Assembly (NCBI GenBank): GCA_030390025.1
Contig: CM059432.1
Coordinates: forward strand, 58,716,001 to 58,780,000
DNA: 64,000 bases
Direction of reading: 5' to 3'
Origin: Squalus acanthias
Lineage: Eukaryota
In this document: positions 1 through 14,500 of the stretch, piece by piece
How the letters are laid out: each line of letters begins with the position of its first letter
Numbering within the stretch: position 1 is the stretch's first letter
The notes under the pieces: generated by a model
The model's input: the letters and a program-made list of their open reading frames with translations, nothing else
What the model was told of the DNA's origin: nothing
Databases searched by the model: none
Made by a program: the position numbers and the translations under genes

Positions 1-309
1 TCAAGCTGTCCTTTTTTTTGCTTTTGAAATGTTTTAATTAATTTTGCTTCCCTGCTTCCTCCACTTTTTTGACTTTTTGGCACATACTGTATTCACTACA
101 GAATTGACATTCTCTAGAATGGCTCTTTCTAGTTTAGAACTATCCTGGATTTCAGGTGGTAATAGCATCAAAGTACCAGGCTCCTTATGTGACAACCTCC
201 TTGCCCTCAAAAGGAAACTTGGGCTCCATTGCTTAGTATGTGCAAAATGTTTCCACTAAGATTGAGACCTTGCAAGGAAAGTAATCTAACTACTGTTTGT
301 TAATCTAAT

Positions 310-2560
310 GCTGCTTGTCAGTCATCCAATATTGGATGAGCAGAAATTTCCTCCAACTAAATGTTGGGATGACCAAAGCCATTGTCTTCAGTTCCTGCCA
401 CAAACTCTGACTCCATCCCTCTACCTGGCAACTGTGTGAGGGTGAACCAGATTGTTCACGACCTTGGTGTTGTATTTGACCCCGAGATGAGTTTCCGACT
501 CAATATCCTCTCAATCACCAAGACCGCCTACTTCCACCTCCGTAACATTGGCTGTCTCCGCCCCTGCCTCCGCTCAGATGCTGAAACCCTTATCCATGCC
601 TTTGTTACCTCTAGACTCAACTATTCCAATGCTCTCCTGGCCGGCCTCCCACCTTGCACCCTCTAAACTTGAGCTCATCCAAAACTCTGCTGCTTGTATC
701 CTAACTTGCACCAAGTCCCGTTCACCCATCACCCCTGTGCTTACTGACTACATTGGCTCCCAGTCCAGCAATGCCTCTTTAAATATTCTAATCCTTTTTT
801 TCAAATTTCTCCATGGCCTCACCCCTCCCTATCTCTGTAACCTTTTGCAGCATTACAACACTCAGATCTCTGTGCTCCTCCAATTCTGGCCTCTTGCGCA
901 CTCCCCGATTTTCATCACCACCATTGGTGGCTGTGCCTTCAGCTGTCTAGGCCCTAAGCTCTGGAATTCCCTCCCTAAACTTCTCCACCTCTCCTCCTTT
1001 GGAGACAGTGGTGAAAACGGGGAATTATACGGTAAGCCTGACCGGTAGTGGGGAAAATGCTAGAGTCCATTATAAAGGATGTAATAGCTGAGCACTTGAA
1101 AAGCAGTGACAGGATTGGACAAAGTCAACATGGATTTACAAAAGATAAATCATGCTTGACTAATCTACTGGAATTTTTTGAGTATGTAACTGGGAAAATA
1201 GATAAGGGAGAACCAGTGGATGTGGTGTATTTGGACTTTCAAAAGGCTTTCGATAAGGTCCCGTATAAGAGATTAGCGTGTAAAGTTAAGGCACATGGGA
1301 TTGGGGGCAAGGTATTGACTTGGATAGAGAACTGGTTGATGGACAGAAAGCAGAGAGTAGGAATTAATGGGTCTTTTTCCGAGTGGCAGGCAGTGACTAG
1401 TGGGGTACTGCAGGGATCGGTCCTTGGACCCCAGCTATTCACAATATACATTAATGATCTAGATAAGGGAACTAAATGTAATATCTCCAAGTTTGCAGAT
1501 GAGACAAAGCTGGGTGGGTGTGTGTGCTGCGAGGAGGATACCGAGAAACTCCAGGATGATTTGGACAGGTTGGGTGAGTGGGCAGAAGCGTGGCAGATGC
1601 AATATAATGTGGATAAATGCGAGGTTGTCCACTTTGGTGTCAAAAACAGAAAGGCAGACTATTATCTGAATGGCAATAGATTGGGAGAAGGGGAAGTGCA
1701 ACGAGACCTGGGTGTCCTTGTGCACCAGTCGCTGAAGGTAAGCATGCAGGTGCAGCAGGCGGTGAAGAAGGCAAATGGTATGTTGGCCTTCATAGCGAGA
1801 GGATTTGAGTATAGGAACAGGGATGTCCTGCTGCAGTTGTACAGGGCCTTGGTGAGACCACACCTTGAGTGCAGTTTTGGTTGCCTTATCTGAGGAAGGA
1901 TGTTCTTGCCATGGAAGGAGTTCAGCGAAGATTCACAAGGCTGGTACCTGGGATGGCAGGAATGACATATGAGGAGAGATTGGGTCGATTGGGCTTATAC
2001 TCGCTGGAGTATAGAAGAATGAGAGGGGATCTCATCGAAACATATAAAATTCTGACAGGTCTGGACAAACTAGATGCAGGAAGAATGTTCCTGATGGTCG
2101 GAGAGTCCAGAACCAGGGGTCATAATCTAAGGATAAGGGGTAAGCCATTTAGGACAGAAATGAGGAGGAATTTCTTCACCCAGAGAGTGGTGCACCTGTG
2201 GAATTCTCTACCACAGAAGGTAGTTGAGGCCAAGTCATTAAATATATTCAAGAATGAGTTAGATAAATTTCTTAAAGCTAAAGGGATCAAGAGATATGGG
2301 GACAAAGCAGGGACAGCGTCCTGAATTTGGATGATCAGCCATGATCTCATCAAATGGCAGAGCAGACTAGAGGGGCTGAATGGCCTACTCCTGCTCCTAT
2401 CTTCTATGTTCTATGTTTAAGACGCTCCTTAAAACCCACCTCTTTGACCAAACTTTTGGTCACCTATCCTAAAATGGCTCGGTGTCAAATTTTGTTTGAC
2501 ATCACTCCTGTAAAGCACCTTGGGATGTTTTCCTATGTTAAAGGTGCTATTTAAATGCAA
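310..2560 (+). mobile_element. L2-clade LINE 3' portion (decayed), split by a CR1 insertion at 1001-2415
   Basis: ORF fragments VHDLGVVFDPEMSF..TAYFHLRNI..LIHAFVTSRLNYSNALLAGLP and ELIQNSAACIL..GPKLWNSLP are typical of L2 ORF2 C-termini; ctcctccttt (1000) resumes as aagacgctccttaaaacc (~2419); tail aaaggtgctatttaaatgcaa. Confidence 0.85.
1001..2415 (+). mobile_element. CR1 LINE, 5'-truncated, RT domain plus 3' UTR
   Basis: ORFs 1048-1893 and 1869-2324 with [40 protein letters not shown]; ends in (ttctatg)n tail. Confidence 0.95.
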
Positions 2561-3756
2561 TTTCTTTTAAAAAAAGTGTGTGACGAAAAGGTGCCTAACT
2601 TTGGCCCTATGTCATGCCAGTTTAGTGAATGAATAACTTGGTCAGATGTTAAAATCTACATTTTCAGTGTAGTGCTGGAAAAAGGTCAAAGGGAGCGATC
2701 ACTATTAAAATTTTTACTTGTTTCTGTTCCCTTCCTCCCTGGCTCTCTCGCGTTATTTCCTGACGTTCTCTTCTGCTTTATTTTTGCATTTGGCTCAGTT
2801 TTTCTCTAACTGTGTAACAGTCCTTGTGCTGTTTCCGCCATCTGTTCAACTTGAACCTGTTGAGATAAATTCCCTCTACTTATCCGTTTTCCACTAACAC
2901 TTCCACTTCTTTTCTGGTTCAGCCCACTGTCTTGTAGACTGCTCCACATTGGTAATGCCTACGATGCTGGCAGCAGCTGTAACAAGGATCAGAAAATTAT
3001 TGACTGCCTGTGAAAATCTCTACAGAAGAACAAAGAGAATTCATCTTCTAGTAAATGCCTATAGTGTAGCAGAGCAGTAATACATTAACCACCTTGGACT
3101 TGAACAACAATTTGTGCCAAAGTACCAAGTCTTTTTTTTCTAGTTCCCTATTAAATAATTTTGTCCCATTTGCTGGCAGTTGCTAAGTGCCAAAGAAGTT
3201 CCCTGAAGAAATATATAATGGAAAGGCTCTGCTTTATGAACCTGGAAGGTTGGAATTTTCATTGTATGTTTTAAATGTAAGCTATCATTTTCCTACCTGG
3301 AAATCATTAATTTGCCATGTACATTTGCAAGCATGGATAGACATGGCATGCCTTCACTGGAAATGTAAATGCACAACTAGTTTCTCCTCCTCTATTTGTG
3401 TTTGTCATTTGTATTGCAACTTTATGTAGTGCTGTTATGTAGAATAGTTTTTTTGTGAGCAGTTTGAACACATTTTTGTCGGGAGGGGAAAAGAGTGCTG
3501 TCCAGTCTTGCCTGAAATATATTCTGGGACTGAATGACTAAAATGCTGATTACTTTGAATTTTTATTTATTGTCAGTACTGACTATGATCTATTAAAGTT
3601 CTGTCAATAAATAAAAATAATTTTGAATATGAATTATAAAATGGCAAAATATGCTAAATCTTGGGCACACAATTATATTCTGACATCCACACTGAAGCTT
3701 CTCATCAATAACTGCTATTAAAATCAGTTCACTGTATTGTTCGCAGTTTATTAGAT

Positions 3757-4160
3757 TTACACTGGCAACGCCTCAATTTTAAAATTTTTATCCTTGTTTC
3801 CAAATCCCTCCATGGCCTCACCCCTCCCTATCTCTGTAACCTCCTGCAGTCCTACAACCCTCTGATATCTGCACTCTAATTCTAGCCTCTTGCACATCCC
3901 TGATTTTAATTGCTCCACCATTGGCAGCCGTGCCTTCAGCTGCCTAGGACCCAAGCTCTGGAATTCCTTCCCTAAACCTCTCAACCACTCGTTCCTCCTT
4001 TTTAAGATGCTCTTTAAAACCTACCTTTTTTGAACAAGCTCTTGGTCACCTATCAATATCTCCTTATGTGGGTCGGTGTCAAATTTTGTTGGCTAGTGCT
4101 CCTGTGAAGCGCCTTTGGATCTTTTACTACGTTAATGGCCCTATATAAATGCAAGTTGTT
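3757..4160 (+). mobile_element. L2 LINE 3' end fragment
   Basis: Similar to 775-1000 joined to 2416-2560, i.e. an uninterrupted version of the same L2 end. Confidence 0.85.
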
Positions 4161-4814
4161 ATGCAACAACAGTCTCTGATAGTACAAAAGAGAAAACTAC
4201 TGTTTGCAGTGAGGGAGAGAAGCTACTTCCAGCAAAACACATCACTGACTAACTTTGAGTGCATGTGCACCCACCCACTCCCCCAATTTTCTTAATTCTT
4301 GTGGGGTGGAACTGCAAAATCTTTGATTCCCATAATGTTAGACCATATAAATTAATTGATTTCCAGCAGAAAGTGGTAGGCAAATGTTCTTGAGATAATG
4401 CTGGAAAATACTACAAGCTTCTCAAGTTTCACTTTTAGCTCTTGCTTTTGTCCTGGTTTCTCATGTAGAGTTTTTCACATCCAACCCATAGATTACGTTC
4501 ATGATTTATAAACTCTTTCCCAGTACAGATGTCAGGAAAAATAGGAGTACTGTTACATCTTCTAAGGCGTTGCTTGTGGGTTGAGGAGCGGAACCCCTGA
4601 AGCAGGAGTACCTTGCTAAGACTGGTTGGGGAGTGAATGACAGCCAAGGATTGAGGCATTGAAGACTGGAATATGCAAAGCTAGTGGCACAGGATTGAAA
4701 CCGGTTGGGTGAGAACTATGGTGGGGAATGAGTTATCAAAGACCAAAACTGCCCAGTCAATAGGCCTGGGGAATGAACAATAGGGAAGGTGAAGGACTGA
4801 TGAGAGTATTGGGG

Positions 4815-5305
4815 AACATAAGAACTGGGAGCAGAAGTAGGCCCTTCGAACCTGTAAGATTATGGCTGATCTTCTACCTCAACTCCACCTTCCTGCACTA
4901 TCCCTATATCCCTTGATTCCCTTAGTATCCAAAACTGAGCATGCTCTGGGTAGAGAATTCCAAAGATGTGCAACCCTTTGAAGAAATTTCTCTTCATCTC
5001 AGTCCTAAATGGCCAACCCCTAGTTCTAGACTCCCCAGCCAGGGGGATAATCCTCCCAGCATCTACCCTGTCAAGCTCCTTAAGATTTTTATGTGTTTCA
5101 ATGAGATTACCTTTCATTCTTTTAAACGCGAGGGAATATAGACCTAGTCTATTCAGTCTCTCCTCATTGGACAATCCCCTCATTCCAGGAATCAGTCTAG
5201 TGAACCTTTGTTGCACTCCCTCTAAGGCAAGTATGTCCTTCCTTCGGTAAGGAGACCAAAACTATATACAGTACTCCTGCTATGATCTCACCAAAGCCTT
5301 ATATA
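4815..5305 (-). mobile_element. CR1 LINE 3' fragment
   Basis: Minus ORF QQRFTRLIPGMRGLSNEERLNRLGLYSL..GWPFRTEMKRNFF; CR1 3' UTR. Confidence 0.9.
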
Positions 5306-6344
5306 AAATGCAATCTGGTGTTGGAAGTAATTTACCACTTGCCTGTTTTTCTACATTTGGGTAGCTGTAAAGAAATGACCAATAAATTGTAAAAATAAGC
5401 TGAATTTTGCCTTTCCTTTTCATTTGTTTAACTGAGATCATAAAGCTAGTGCATGAGACTTTGGACTGAAATAGCTGTGCAAAATGTTTATTATACAAAT
5501 TCTGGAACAATGATATAGCAACTGAAGTAACATTACAGCCCAACTGCTCTTAAATCTTCTCAGAAATGAGATTATTGCAAGATTGTGGCCTCTCCGGGAC
5601 CAGCAAATCTAATAGGCAAGACTCTAAAACAAGCTGTATGGTCTGAATCAAATAGCCATCAATTCAGAGCAAAGTGAAACTTGCCAAACCAAATGCCTAT
5701 GTCTGAGCATGTCCCTCTGTTTTTGAGAAGGTAACCCTACATTTGAGAGGGAACAAAAGACTGAATAATGTCTGCTGAAAAAACAACTATGGGTCACATG
5801 GAATCTTGAGCAAAGAAAGAAAACTTTTTGAAAGAACAGGAAACTAAAGAAATTAAGCCGACAAGACAGAAAACAGCCCCATAAGCTTTATAACCAGCAC
5901 CACAACATGAGTAGAAAGAATAGCACCAAATGCCAAACACAGCAGATGTCTCCGAACTCATTCACCGCCCAACACCCGCACCCAGCTCGCTCACCCTGCC
6001 CCCCTGACACTGAGCAGTAATTCCCAGATCACAATGCAAGTACACCCCCACTAATCATAAATACCTAGACTGGATTAGAAACACATTTTCTCCTTTTCCC
6101 CCACACTGCTGAGCAAAAAGTCAGGAATAGAACCAGAAACCCACACAAATCCTCCCCTACACTGAGCATAAATACTGGGATCAGACCTCAACTCCCCATT
6201 TAATTTCCCCACCCTACTTAAGTGAGCGTGTGATTGTGCCACCCTCCTTGCATTGTCTCCATCCCCCACCCAATGAGTGTAGATATGTGGAAGGAACACC
6301 CCAACCCACACTTGGCATCCCTCTGCACTATGGAGGAAAACTTA

Positions 6345-6514
6345 GTGAGGTGTGTGGAGGAGCCTGTGTAGGAGCAGTGAATGACTGAACGCAACTTCAG
6401 GATTTCCAGGTTGGGCTGCGCATGCACTAAATCCAGAAGTTGCGGTCAGTTTCAAAGGTGAAATGACGGCGAATGCTGCCAGTTTGCCATCAGCAGGACC
6501 ACAAATTCCGGGCC
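6345..6514 (-). mobile_element. Terminal fragment of a Harbinger-type non-autonomous DNA transposon
   Basis: Reverse-complement match to 59548-59700; ends in aaattccgggcc, the same terminus as at 60178-60189. Confidence 0.65.
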
Positions 6515-6779
6515 AAGGTTTCCTGGAGAAGCTCATTTGCATTTCTCTAAGCTTTAGTCTAAAACTGTTGCACATGGCTTAAAATCCTGGAAATTTCTGT
6601 GCAGCCTTTTAAATGCACTGCTCAGCCTTTGCTCGACAGCAGAACACGGTGATGAGAAGGAAAGGTGGGAACACTGCTTGGCTCTTTCATTTTTCTTTCA
6701 AAATACTTCACTGCATGTCTTGCCAATATGTTTTACATTTGGACTGAATTATGAACATTCAAGTGCCATCTGTGCCCAG

Positions 6780-8270
6780 AGGGCAGCAAGCATGGCATCA
6801 AGCCAGAAGTAAATGTTACTCCTTCAGGCCTCCAAGCCTGTCTGGGGGCACTGAAGGCAGGACATACTGATTCCTGGATGTGGGTGCAATCATATAACCC
6901 AGGTGGTACTGGCTGCATAGCCCCTCACCCCCAGGACTGCACAACATTGCCACAGGTTCCACGTCCTCAGCAAGGCAACACACTGAACACTTCTCAGCTT
7001 CCTTCATTGTCCACCCTGGGTACCAGCACACTCTTTGTCCTCTTAAAGCAGCACTTCCATAACTAATCCTCACCATGTTCTATGTTTAAGGGCACCTTTA
7101 TCTTCCTAACCTGCACTATGGCTACACAGCTCCCTGAACACAGAAACTGTCTTGCACTATCCCAAAATGCCCTCCTCCACTTTAACATCCTCACACCCTT
7201 ATTACATCACCTCTATATGCCACTCACCACATGACCCTTAACTGCCAGCTTTGTTTTCCTTTACTTGTGCTCCAACTGCTCCTGCAGAGACAACACCTGG
7301 AAAAAGGCCAGGCATCTCATGGTCATGCATGCACCTCTTGCTGTACAAGATGGTGAGGTCGGCGGCATTTTGCCAGTGCCGGGTTACTGACGGAGCACCT
7401 ACCCTGTCGTCCTGGCATCCCTGTGAAGCGCCACATAGCCACAATCCCCATCCCCTACTGTCTCCTTGCTCCCTAGAGGGTGATGCTCATCTATTCTTGC
7501 CATCTACCCTCCCTTCCTGCAGATTCACCACAATGTGATCTACAGGAGGAGGAGGAGGATGGTGATGATGAAGACCAAGCCCCACAGGAGTCACAGCTTT
7601 ATGATACTGCTAACTCTCAGAACAGTGGTAAAAGCTAGACCTCTAGCTGACTCACCTCACATCCCCCCCTCCCCTCCCAGAACATCATGCCAGTAAAAAG
7701 TGGGAGGCGAGGCCAGGCTACCCAGGAGTGCCCTCCAGAGATGCAGCCAGCCAGTGGGATGAGGTGCCACTTCAGTTCCATGACCTTTCTGTGCAGCAGT
7801 TGGAGCCAACCACTTCCTAGAAGAGGCAGAGAATAGGTGCCCATAGGGAATGCCATACATCCTCCTAAGTACCCCTGATATCTGGGGGTGTGCAGGTTCA
7901 AAATGTTGCACTCCAATCCCCGAGAAACAGTCAGAAGCAAGTGTAGGTGTCTGTAGGCAGAACACATAAGAAATGTTTACTACCTTTTTAAAAAATCTTC
8001 AATTACAGGTCTCGAGCCTTTTTCTACTGCAGGAACTCCTCACCTCCGTCTTTAACAGTTGATTCTGACAGCTGCTACGCCTCATCTCCACAGGTGTTAC
8101 TTGCCCCTGAATGCACTAACTGGTAAGTTCAGAAGAGTCCCATACACAGCGCCACAGGCTCTCTGGCAACCGCATACAAATAAGGCCAGTGGCAGCTGGC
8201 TGGAGAATCACAATGTCCATGTTTACCTGGAACAGCTGTTGTGCCTTAGATGGTGCTGTGTTCGAGGGGG
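6780..8270. mobile_element. Possible highly decayed DNA-transposon (Harbinger-like) interior
   Basis: GC-richer block with an acidic gaggaggaggaggatggtgatgatgaa tract and composition like 28000-30200; no diagnostic motif seen. Confidence 0.25.
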
Positions 8271-8569
8271 TTAAGCTTTGCTAAGATTAGTAACTCCATA
8301 ATCGGGACAAAACTTGGAGAAATCGATGCCTGTTCAGAAGTGAAGAAATCTTGCTGGGTACACATCTGTTTATTTTTAAATGGGTGCTTCTTCAAACTTG
8401 AAATATTCAAACCTCGTCACTTTTTTAAAAAAAAAACCTTTTCAATGTTATAAAAATTGGGGCTTTCCCATTTGGACTCCCTACACCCCCATTAAATAAT
8501 TTTCCTACTTTTCACTCCCTCTTTTCCCTCTCTTCACCTTCTCCACATTCACTCCTCCACACCCTCCCA

Positions 8570-8978
8570 TGGTCCTGTCAGCCGTGGTAGCGCACTCTCC
8601 TCTTGAGTCAGAATGTTGTGGGTTCAAGTCGCAGTCCAGTGTCGTACTGAGGGAGTGCTGCATTGTTGTAGGCGCCGTCTTTGAGATGAGACGTTAATCC
8701 GAGGCACCTCGGGTGGATGTAAAAGATCCCATGGCACTATTCAGAGAAGAGCAGGAGACTTCCCCTGGTGTTCTAGCCAATATTTATCCCTCAACCAACA
8801 TCACTAAAACTCTGTCCATTATCTCATTGCTGTTAGAATTTGCTTTGTTGCTAATTGGCTGCTGCAATTACTACTTTACAACAGTGACTACACTTCAAAT
8901 GTATTTCATTGGCAGTAAAGCACTTTGGGATGTCCTGAGGTTGTGAAAGGTGCTATATAAATGCAAGTCTTTTCTTTA
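8570..8978 (+). mobile_element. tRNA-derived Deu-domain SINE (SacSINE1-like) with L2-type tail
   Basis: B box ggttcaagtc; Deu-like core gtaaaagatcccatggcactattc..gccaatatttatccctcaaccaac; tail gtgaaaggtgctatataaatgcaagtc. Confidence 0.85.
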
Positions 8979-9469
8979 TTATCTACAAGCCCTCTAACTC
9001 TGCTTGACTTGACAGCATTTGGACTTGGCTACCCAAGTGTAACAGCACTGGATATTACTAGTAATACTTTAATTATAAATAATAAATCAGATTGAATGGC
9101 AATTTAGGAAGCAGCGAAGTAGAAGTGATTGGAGCACAGGGGTTTCTCTGCAGTAGAGGTTGAGGAGCTGGGTTCCCTACATTATACTTCAAAAATAATT
9201 CATTGGCTGTGAAGCGCTTTGAGACATCGTGAGATTGTGAAAGGTGTTATATAAATGCAAGTTCTTTTCATTTTGTATCTTTTGACATTTTTATTATATC
9301 CATAGGCCTCGTATGCATTCATTTTAGTTTGTTTCTAATCTCTTCATCTAAGAGAAATTGGCACATAGGACTATAAATCAACAATAGGATATTTTAAGAT
9401 GATACAAAGGTGCAGAATAAACATACACTTTTGTTTAAAATCAATTACTTTAAATTTTAGGAAGCCATA

Positions 9470-12400
9470 AAGGTGATGCTTCTGTTTTTCCTACCAAAGT
9501 GCATCACCTCACATTTATCTGCTGAAGTTCATTTGCCACTGAACTGCCCAGTCTGCAAGTTTTCTAATGTATTTTTGTATTATTTTGTTCTTCCTCTGTT
9601 AGCTATACTCCTCCTCCTCACCCCCCCCCCCCCCTTCCCATTTGGTATCATCTGCAAATTTTGATAATTGAGTTACTTATTCCCAAGTCCAAATCATGAA
9701 TGTAAATTATGAATAACAATGGTCCCAGCTCTGATCCTTGTGGAACACCGCTTTCTGCCTTCCTCCAATCTGAATAACTACCCTTTACCCCTACTCTCTG
9801 CTTTCTATCTTTTAGCCAATTTGCAATCCATTTAGGTATTTGTCCCCTGACTCCACATGCCCTAGTCTTTGTCACAAGCCTACCGTGTGGTACCTTATCA
9901 AAGGCCTTTTGAAAATCCAAGTATACAACATCTATTACATTACCCTTGTTGCCTCTTTCCGTTACCTCATCAAAAAAAGTATGACTTAGCCTTTCAGAAT
10001 CCATTCTGACTTTTTTAAATTAATTTTCTGTCTCTAGGTACTCGTCTGTCACTACTTTTAGTATAGATTCCAGTATCTATCACTGATAAGCTGACTGATC
10101 TATAGCTCCCTTTTTGTATATAGGAATAACATTAGCTGTCTGCCAGTCCTTTGGCACTGCCCCCCTCTTCTATGGAACTTAATGCCTCTGCTATGGGGTT
10201 TTATCCTGTTTCAGTTTTGTCAATTTTTTTTCTCTCTATCCCAACTGTATTCTTTTTAACCTCATCCTCCAGTGAGTGTCTATTTCATTATCTTTTTTAG
10301 TTAAAAACTGAGGCAAAGTAGTTACTCAATACTTCTGTCTTCACCTGAGTTTATCTTGCTCATCCTATCCCTATTTTAATTTTCCTTAGTTATTTGTGTT
10401 TATAGAACATTTGTTGTTTTTATTCCATGGTAATTTGATTTGTAATTTCTGTCTTCCTGATGGTTTTTTAAATTTCTCCCAAGTTCTTCGTATTACCTTT
10501 TGTCCTCCTCCATTAGTTTCTAAGTACTTCTTGTATGTCTTTCTTTAGATTCAATTTTTGCTTTAATTCTTTATTTATCCATGGTGCCCCATGAATGAAT
10601 AAATAATTAGCTTGCTTGTTTTTGGCTTTTAGTCAAATATATTTCTCGAACTCTATTAATTATCCTTTTAAAGATTTCCCACTGTTTTTCTGTCTTTTTT
10701 CAATATTTTCTCCCCAGTTTATCTTCTTTAGTTCCACCATCATTTCCTCTTAATTTGCTCTTTTCCAACCTATTGCCTTAGTCTTTGTCCTACTTGTGTC
10801 ACTCTCGATCCTAATCTTGAACCTTACTATGTTGTGATCACTACTACTAAGATGCTCTCCTACTCTTCTCCTATCTGTTCTGTTTCATGGCCCATTACAA
10901 GCTCCAGTAGTGATTTATTTTTTTGTTGGACTCCTTGCATACTGAGTGAGAAAGGAGCCCTGTATACACTAAAACCTCTATTCTCTCTTCTCCTTTCACT
11001 ATTTCTTCCTGCCAGTTTATTTGGGTATAGTTGAAATCTTCCATGATTAATATTCTATGCCTGCTACTCACCTCTTAAATTTGTCTACCTATTTCTTCCT
11101 CCAATTCCCTTCCACTATTTGATGGTCTCTGGTGGTGTATTAGGGTGATGGAAATCTCATCTTTTAACTCAATCCATATGAATTCTGTATCTACCTTACT
11201 GCTAGTTATATCCTTTTTTCTCTACTGCTATTATGTTATCTCTAACTTTTACAGTGATTCCACCTCCCCTCCTTTCCATTCCTTCCTAAATGTGTTATAC
11301 AGTATTTGGCAATATTTAGTTGCCAATCCATTCTGTGTAGCCATGTTTCAGTCATCCCTACTATATCCTGATCCCCTCTAAATTATTACATTTAGTGAAT
11401 CCATTTTGTTTTGAATACTACATACATTACTGTACCAACAGTTTCAATTATTTTTATTTATTATTCCTCTTGTTTTTTAGTAGTTATTTTGCCTTTATGC
11501 TCTGATTTCATCTGATCTCTGGCCATTTGTGTTATCCTTATTTCTTCCTTTAGATTGTCCTTTATTCTCTTTTCCTGATTCTTTTATTGTTAGGTTTCTG
11601 TAACTTCTAACAGTTCCCTTCCCCCATGTTATTGGTTTAAAATCTTATTTACAGCCCTAGTTAGCCTTTCCACTAGGACCTTGATCCCAGCCCAGTTCAG
11701 GTGGAGCCCATCCCAATGGTACATATCCTTCCTGTCCCAGTACTGGTACCAATGTCTCATTAAATGGAACCTCTCTTTCCCACACCACTCCTTTTAGCCA
11801 CTTGTTCGTCCCTATGCCAATTTGCACATGACTGGGAGATTATTACCAGTGTGGTCCTGCTTTTCAATTTAGCTCCCAACTCCTGATACTCCCTCTTCCC
11901 ATATCTTTCCTATGTCATTGGTTCCGACACAGAGCACAACAACTGGATCCTCCCACTCCCTTTCCAGATTCTTTTCCAGCCGTTTCAAGATGACCTTTAC
12001 CCTGGCACCGGATAGGCAACACACCCTTCGGGACTCTTTACCCTGACTGCAAAGAATACGATCTATTTCCCCCTATAATTACAACCTTTCTGCTCTGCAC
12101 CTCCTCCCCCTGGGCAGCCTCCTGCTCCATGGTGCCTTGGTTGGCATTCTGGCTGCTGTTCCCACAGTCTTTCTCCTTCTCCTCACAGGTGTTGAGTACT
12201 TTGTACTGTGTCTGCTGGACCTCCTTCACTACCTCTCTTGCATTCACCTTACCTGACTGGCTGACAGTCACACTCACCCCTTCCTGCACCTGTGCTTTCC
12301 TCTCGTGTGTGACTGTACTCGAGTAAATTATCCAGTTAATTCCTCCTCTTCCTTGTGTGTCTGAGTGTCTCTAGCTCGGAGTCCAGCTCAATGACTCTGA

Positions 12401-13010
12401 GCTGGAGTGTCTTGATACAGAGACATTTCTTGCAGATATGGTAGTCTGGGACAGTCTTGTTGCCCACAAACTCCCACATACTGCAATCCCGACACGCTGC
12501 CTGCGCTACCATGTCTTTGATTTTAATTTATTTATTTGTTGGTTATCTGTAGTTTATTTCTTGTACTAATTAGTCACTTGATGTTTAGATTTATTCAATA
12601 GGTGGATTTAAAAAGAAAGAAAAATATTTAGTTTGATAAATTAATTAGTTTGATTAATTACTTGGCTATTTCAGTTATTAGTGTCTTTAAATGCAGTTAG
12701 AATTTAATCACTTGACTCATTTTCTTTTGACTTGCACTAATATTAAATCATTATTAAGTCAAGCTTAACACTAACCACTAAAGATACTAAACACACAAAG
12801 GGAGATCTAGATACTTGCCTATATACTTAATTTCCTCTGTGTTGATTATGAAGTCACTTTTTTGATTTTCCTCCAGTGCGATTATTTATATTTAGTGTTG
12901 TCCCTTGGTTTAAATTACTTAGCACCTCCTTCTCCCTCTGCACCAAATTCCCACTCGCACCAAATTCCCATTGCCATACTGTTTAGTTTATTCTTCCAGC
13001 TCTGTGCCAC
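9470..13010 (-). mobile_element. Old near-full-length CR1 LINE (5' UTR, ORF1, decayed ORF2 with deletions)
   Basis: ORF1 from 12512 MVAQAACRDCSMWEFVG..YHICKKCL (Cys motif), esterase-like VGTNDIG and WDGLHLN; RT fragment [28 protein letters not shown] at 9648-10004. Confidence 0.85.
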
Positions 13011-13056
13011 ACAGATCTGTGTTAGCAGCTATCCCTCAAATATATCTCTTTTTGAG

Positions 13057-13135
13057 AAACAAAATAAAAACAGAAAATGCTGGAAATACTCAGCAGGTCA
13101 GGCAGCATGTTTCAGGTCGATGACCTTTCTCAACT
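13057..13135 (-). mobile_element. Penelope-type terminal repeat fragment (hammerhead core disrupted)
   Basis: aaaaacagaaaatgctggaaatactcagcaggtcaggcagcat..gtttcaggtcgatgacctttc matches 15710-15795 with an internal deletion. Confidence 0.75.
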
Positions 13136-13364
13136 TTTTAGAAACTCCCTAGTTACAACTAGTCAGGTACTCACTTACAGCTGATTGACTGTTAACGGAC
13201 ACTAACTTGCAGTTTTAAAGTAAGAAAAGTATGTTAAATTTCACTTTGACAACATGCTATCTGTCCTATTTACCCACTAAACACTCTCCAAATTCCCACT
13301 GCCACTCTGTTGAGCAAGCCACTCCGTTTAGTAGATTTTCCCAGCTCTGCCACACAGCTCACCT

Positions 13365-14500
13365 ATTTACTGTGCCACCTAACTTGGTGTCATCAGCAAA
13401 CCTGGATATACGGCGCTCTTTTCCTTCAACTAAGTAATTTATAAATAGTGAAAAGCTAAAGCCCCAGTACAGATCCCTGGAGTACACCACTAGTCACATT
13501 CTGCCAATTTGAGTACAGGAAACTCTTGTTTAACCGGCACCTAAATATCTGGAATTCTCTCTTAAACGGCAAAAATCATACTCCTGAAAATTCCTCTCAA
13601 ATAACCGGCAATGTTGCCGAGTCCGAGTCTCCCGCGAACGCCGAGTTAGTCAGTGGGGGTAGTTCTCCAAAGTGCCACTACTCGGCCTCTTGGCGCTGTC
13701 GGAAGTCCGAACACTGCAGTAACAGGGGTCTGATTCTCCCGTGCTGCCGGGAGTCTCACTTACTGTTAAGTAATTAAAGAGTTATGGATTACCCTCAACT
13801 GGCAGTACTGTACTTAATCAAGCATCTTCCACCATCCATTTAACACAACATTCTGTAGGTGAGTAACCAAATACTGTATACTGCACATTTCTTGATTTTT
13901 TTATGTTAAAAATAGCCTCGGTAGATATAACTCTCCGTTATCCGGAACTTTCGATCAACCGGCACCACGCCGGTCCCGTCGGTGCCGGATACCAAAGAGT
14001 TTCCTGTACATACCTATTATTCCTACTCTCTGTCTCCTACCTACTCACCAATTCCCTACCCATATCAATATGTTGCCTCCTATTCCATGTGCTCTCACTT
14101 TTGTTAACCGTCTCTTATGTGGAACCTTAGCGTCCATATAAATAACATTCATAGACACTCCCTTATCTACCACATTAGTTATGTCCTCCCAATATTCAGC
14201 TAGGTTAGTTAGACATGATTTACTACAAATCCATACTGACACTCTCAGCAGTTCATATTTGTCCAAGCGCTCAGCCACTAATAACAGATTCTAATAACTT
14301 CCCACAACAGACGTTCGACTAATAAGCCTATAATTTCCTAGTTTATCTCTCCTACCCTTCTTAAATAATGGAGTGACATTGGTAATTTTCCAATCCAAGG
14401 GGACAATTCCTGAATCAAGAGAATTTCGGAGGATCATGACTAGAGCATGTACAGTTTCCTCACCTACTTCTTTTAATACCTTGGGGTGGAAACCATCAGG
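13365..14500 (-). mobile_element. CR1 ORF2 fragment interrupted by a MITE
   Basis: Minus ORF KSCLTNL..VVDKGVSMNVIYMD..KVPHKR; sequence is continuous across 13516-14006 (gagta|catacct). Confidence 0.85.
13516..14006 (-). mobile_element. Tc1/mariner (Tigger/pogo-like) MITE, copy 1
   Basis: TIRs caggaaactcttgtttaaccggcac / gtgccggataccaaagagtttcctg; TA on both sides; opposite orientation to copies at 33003 and 38318. Confidence 0.9.
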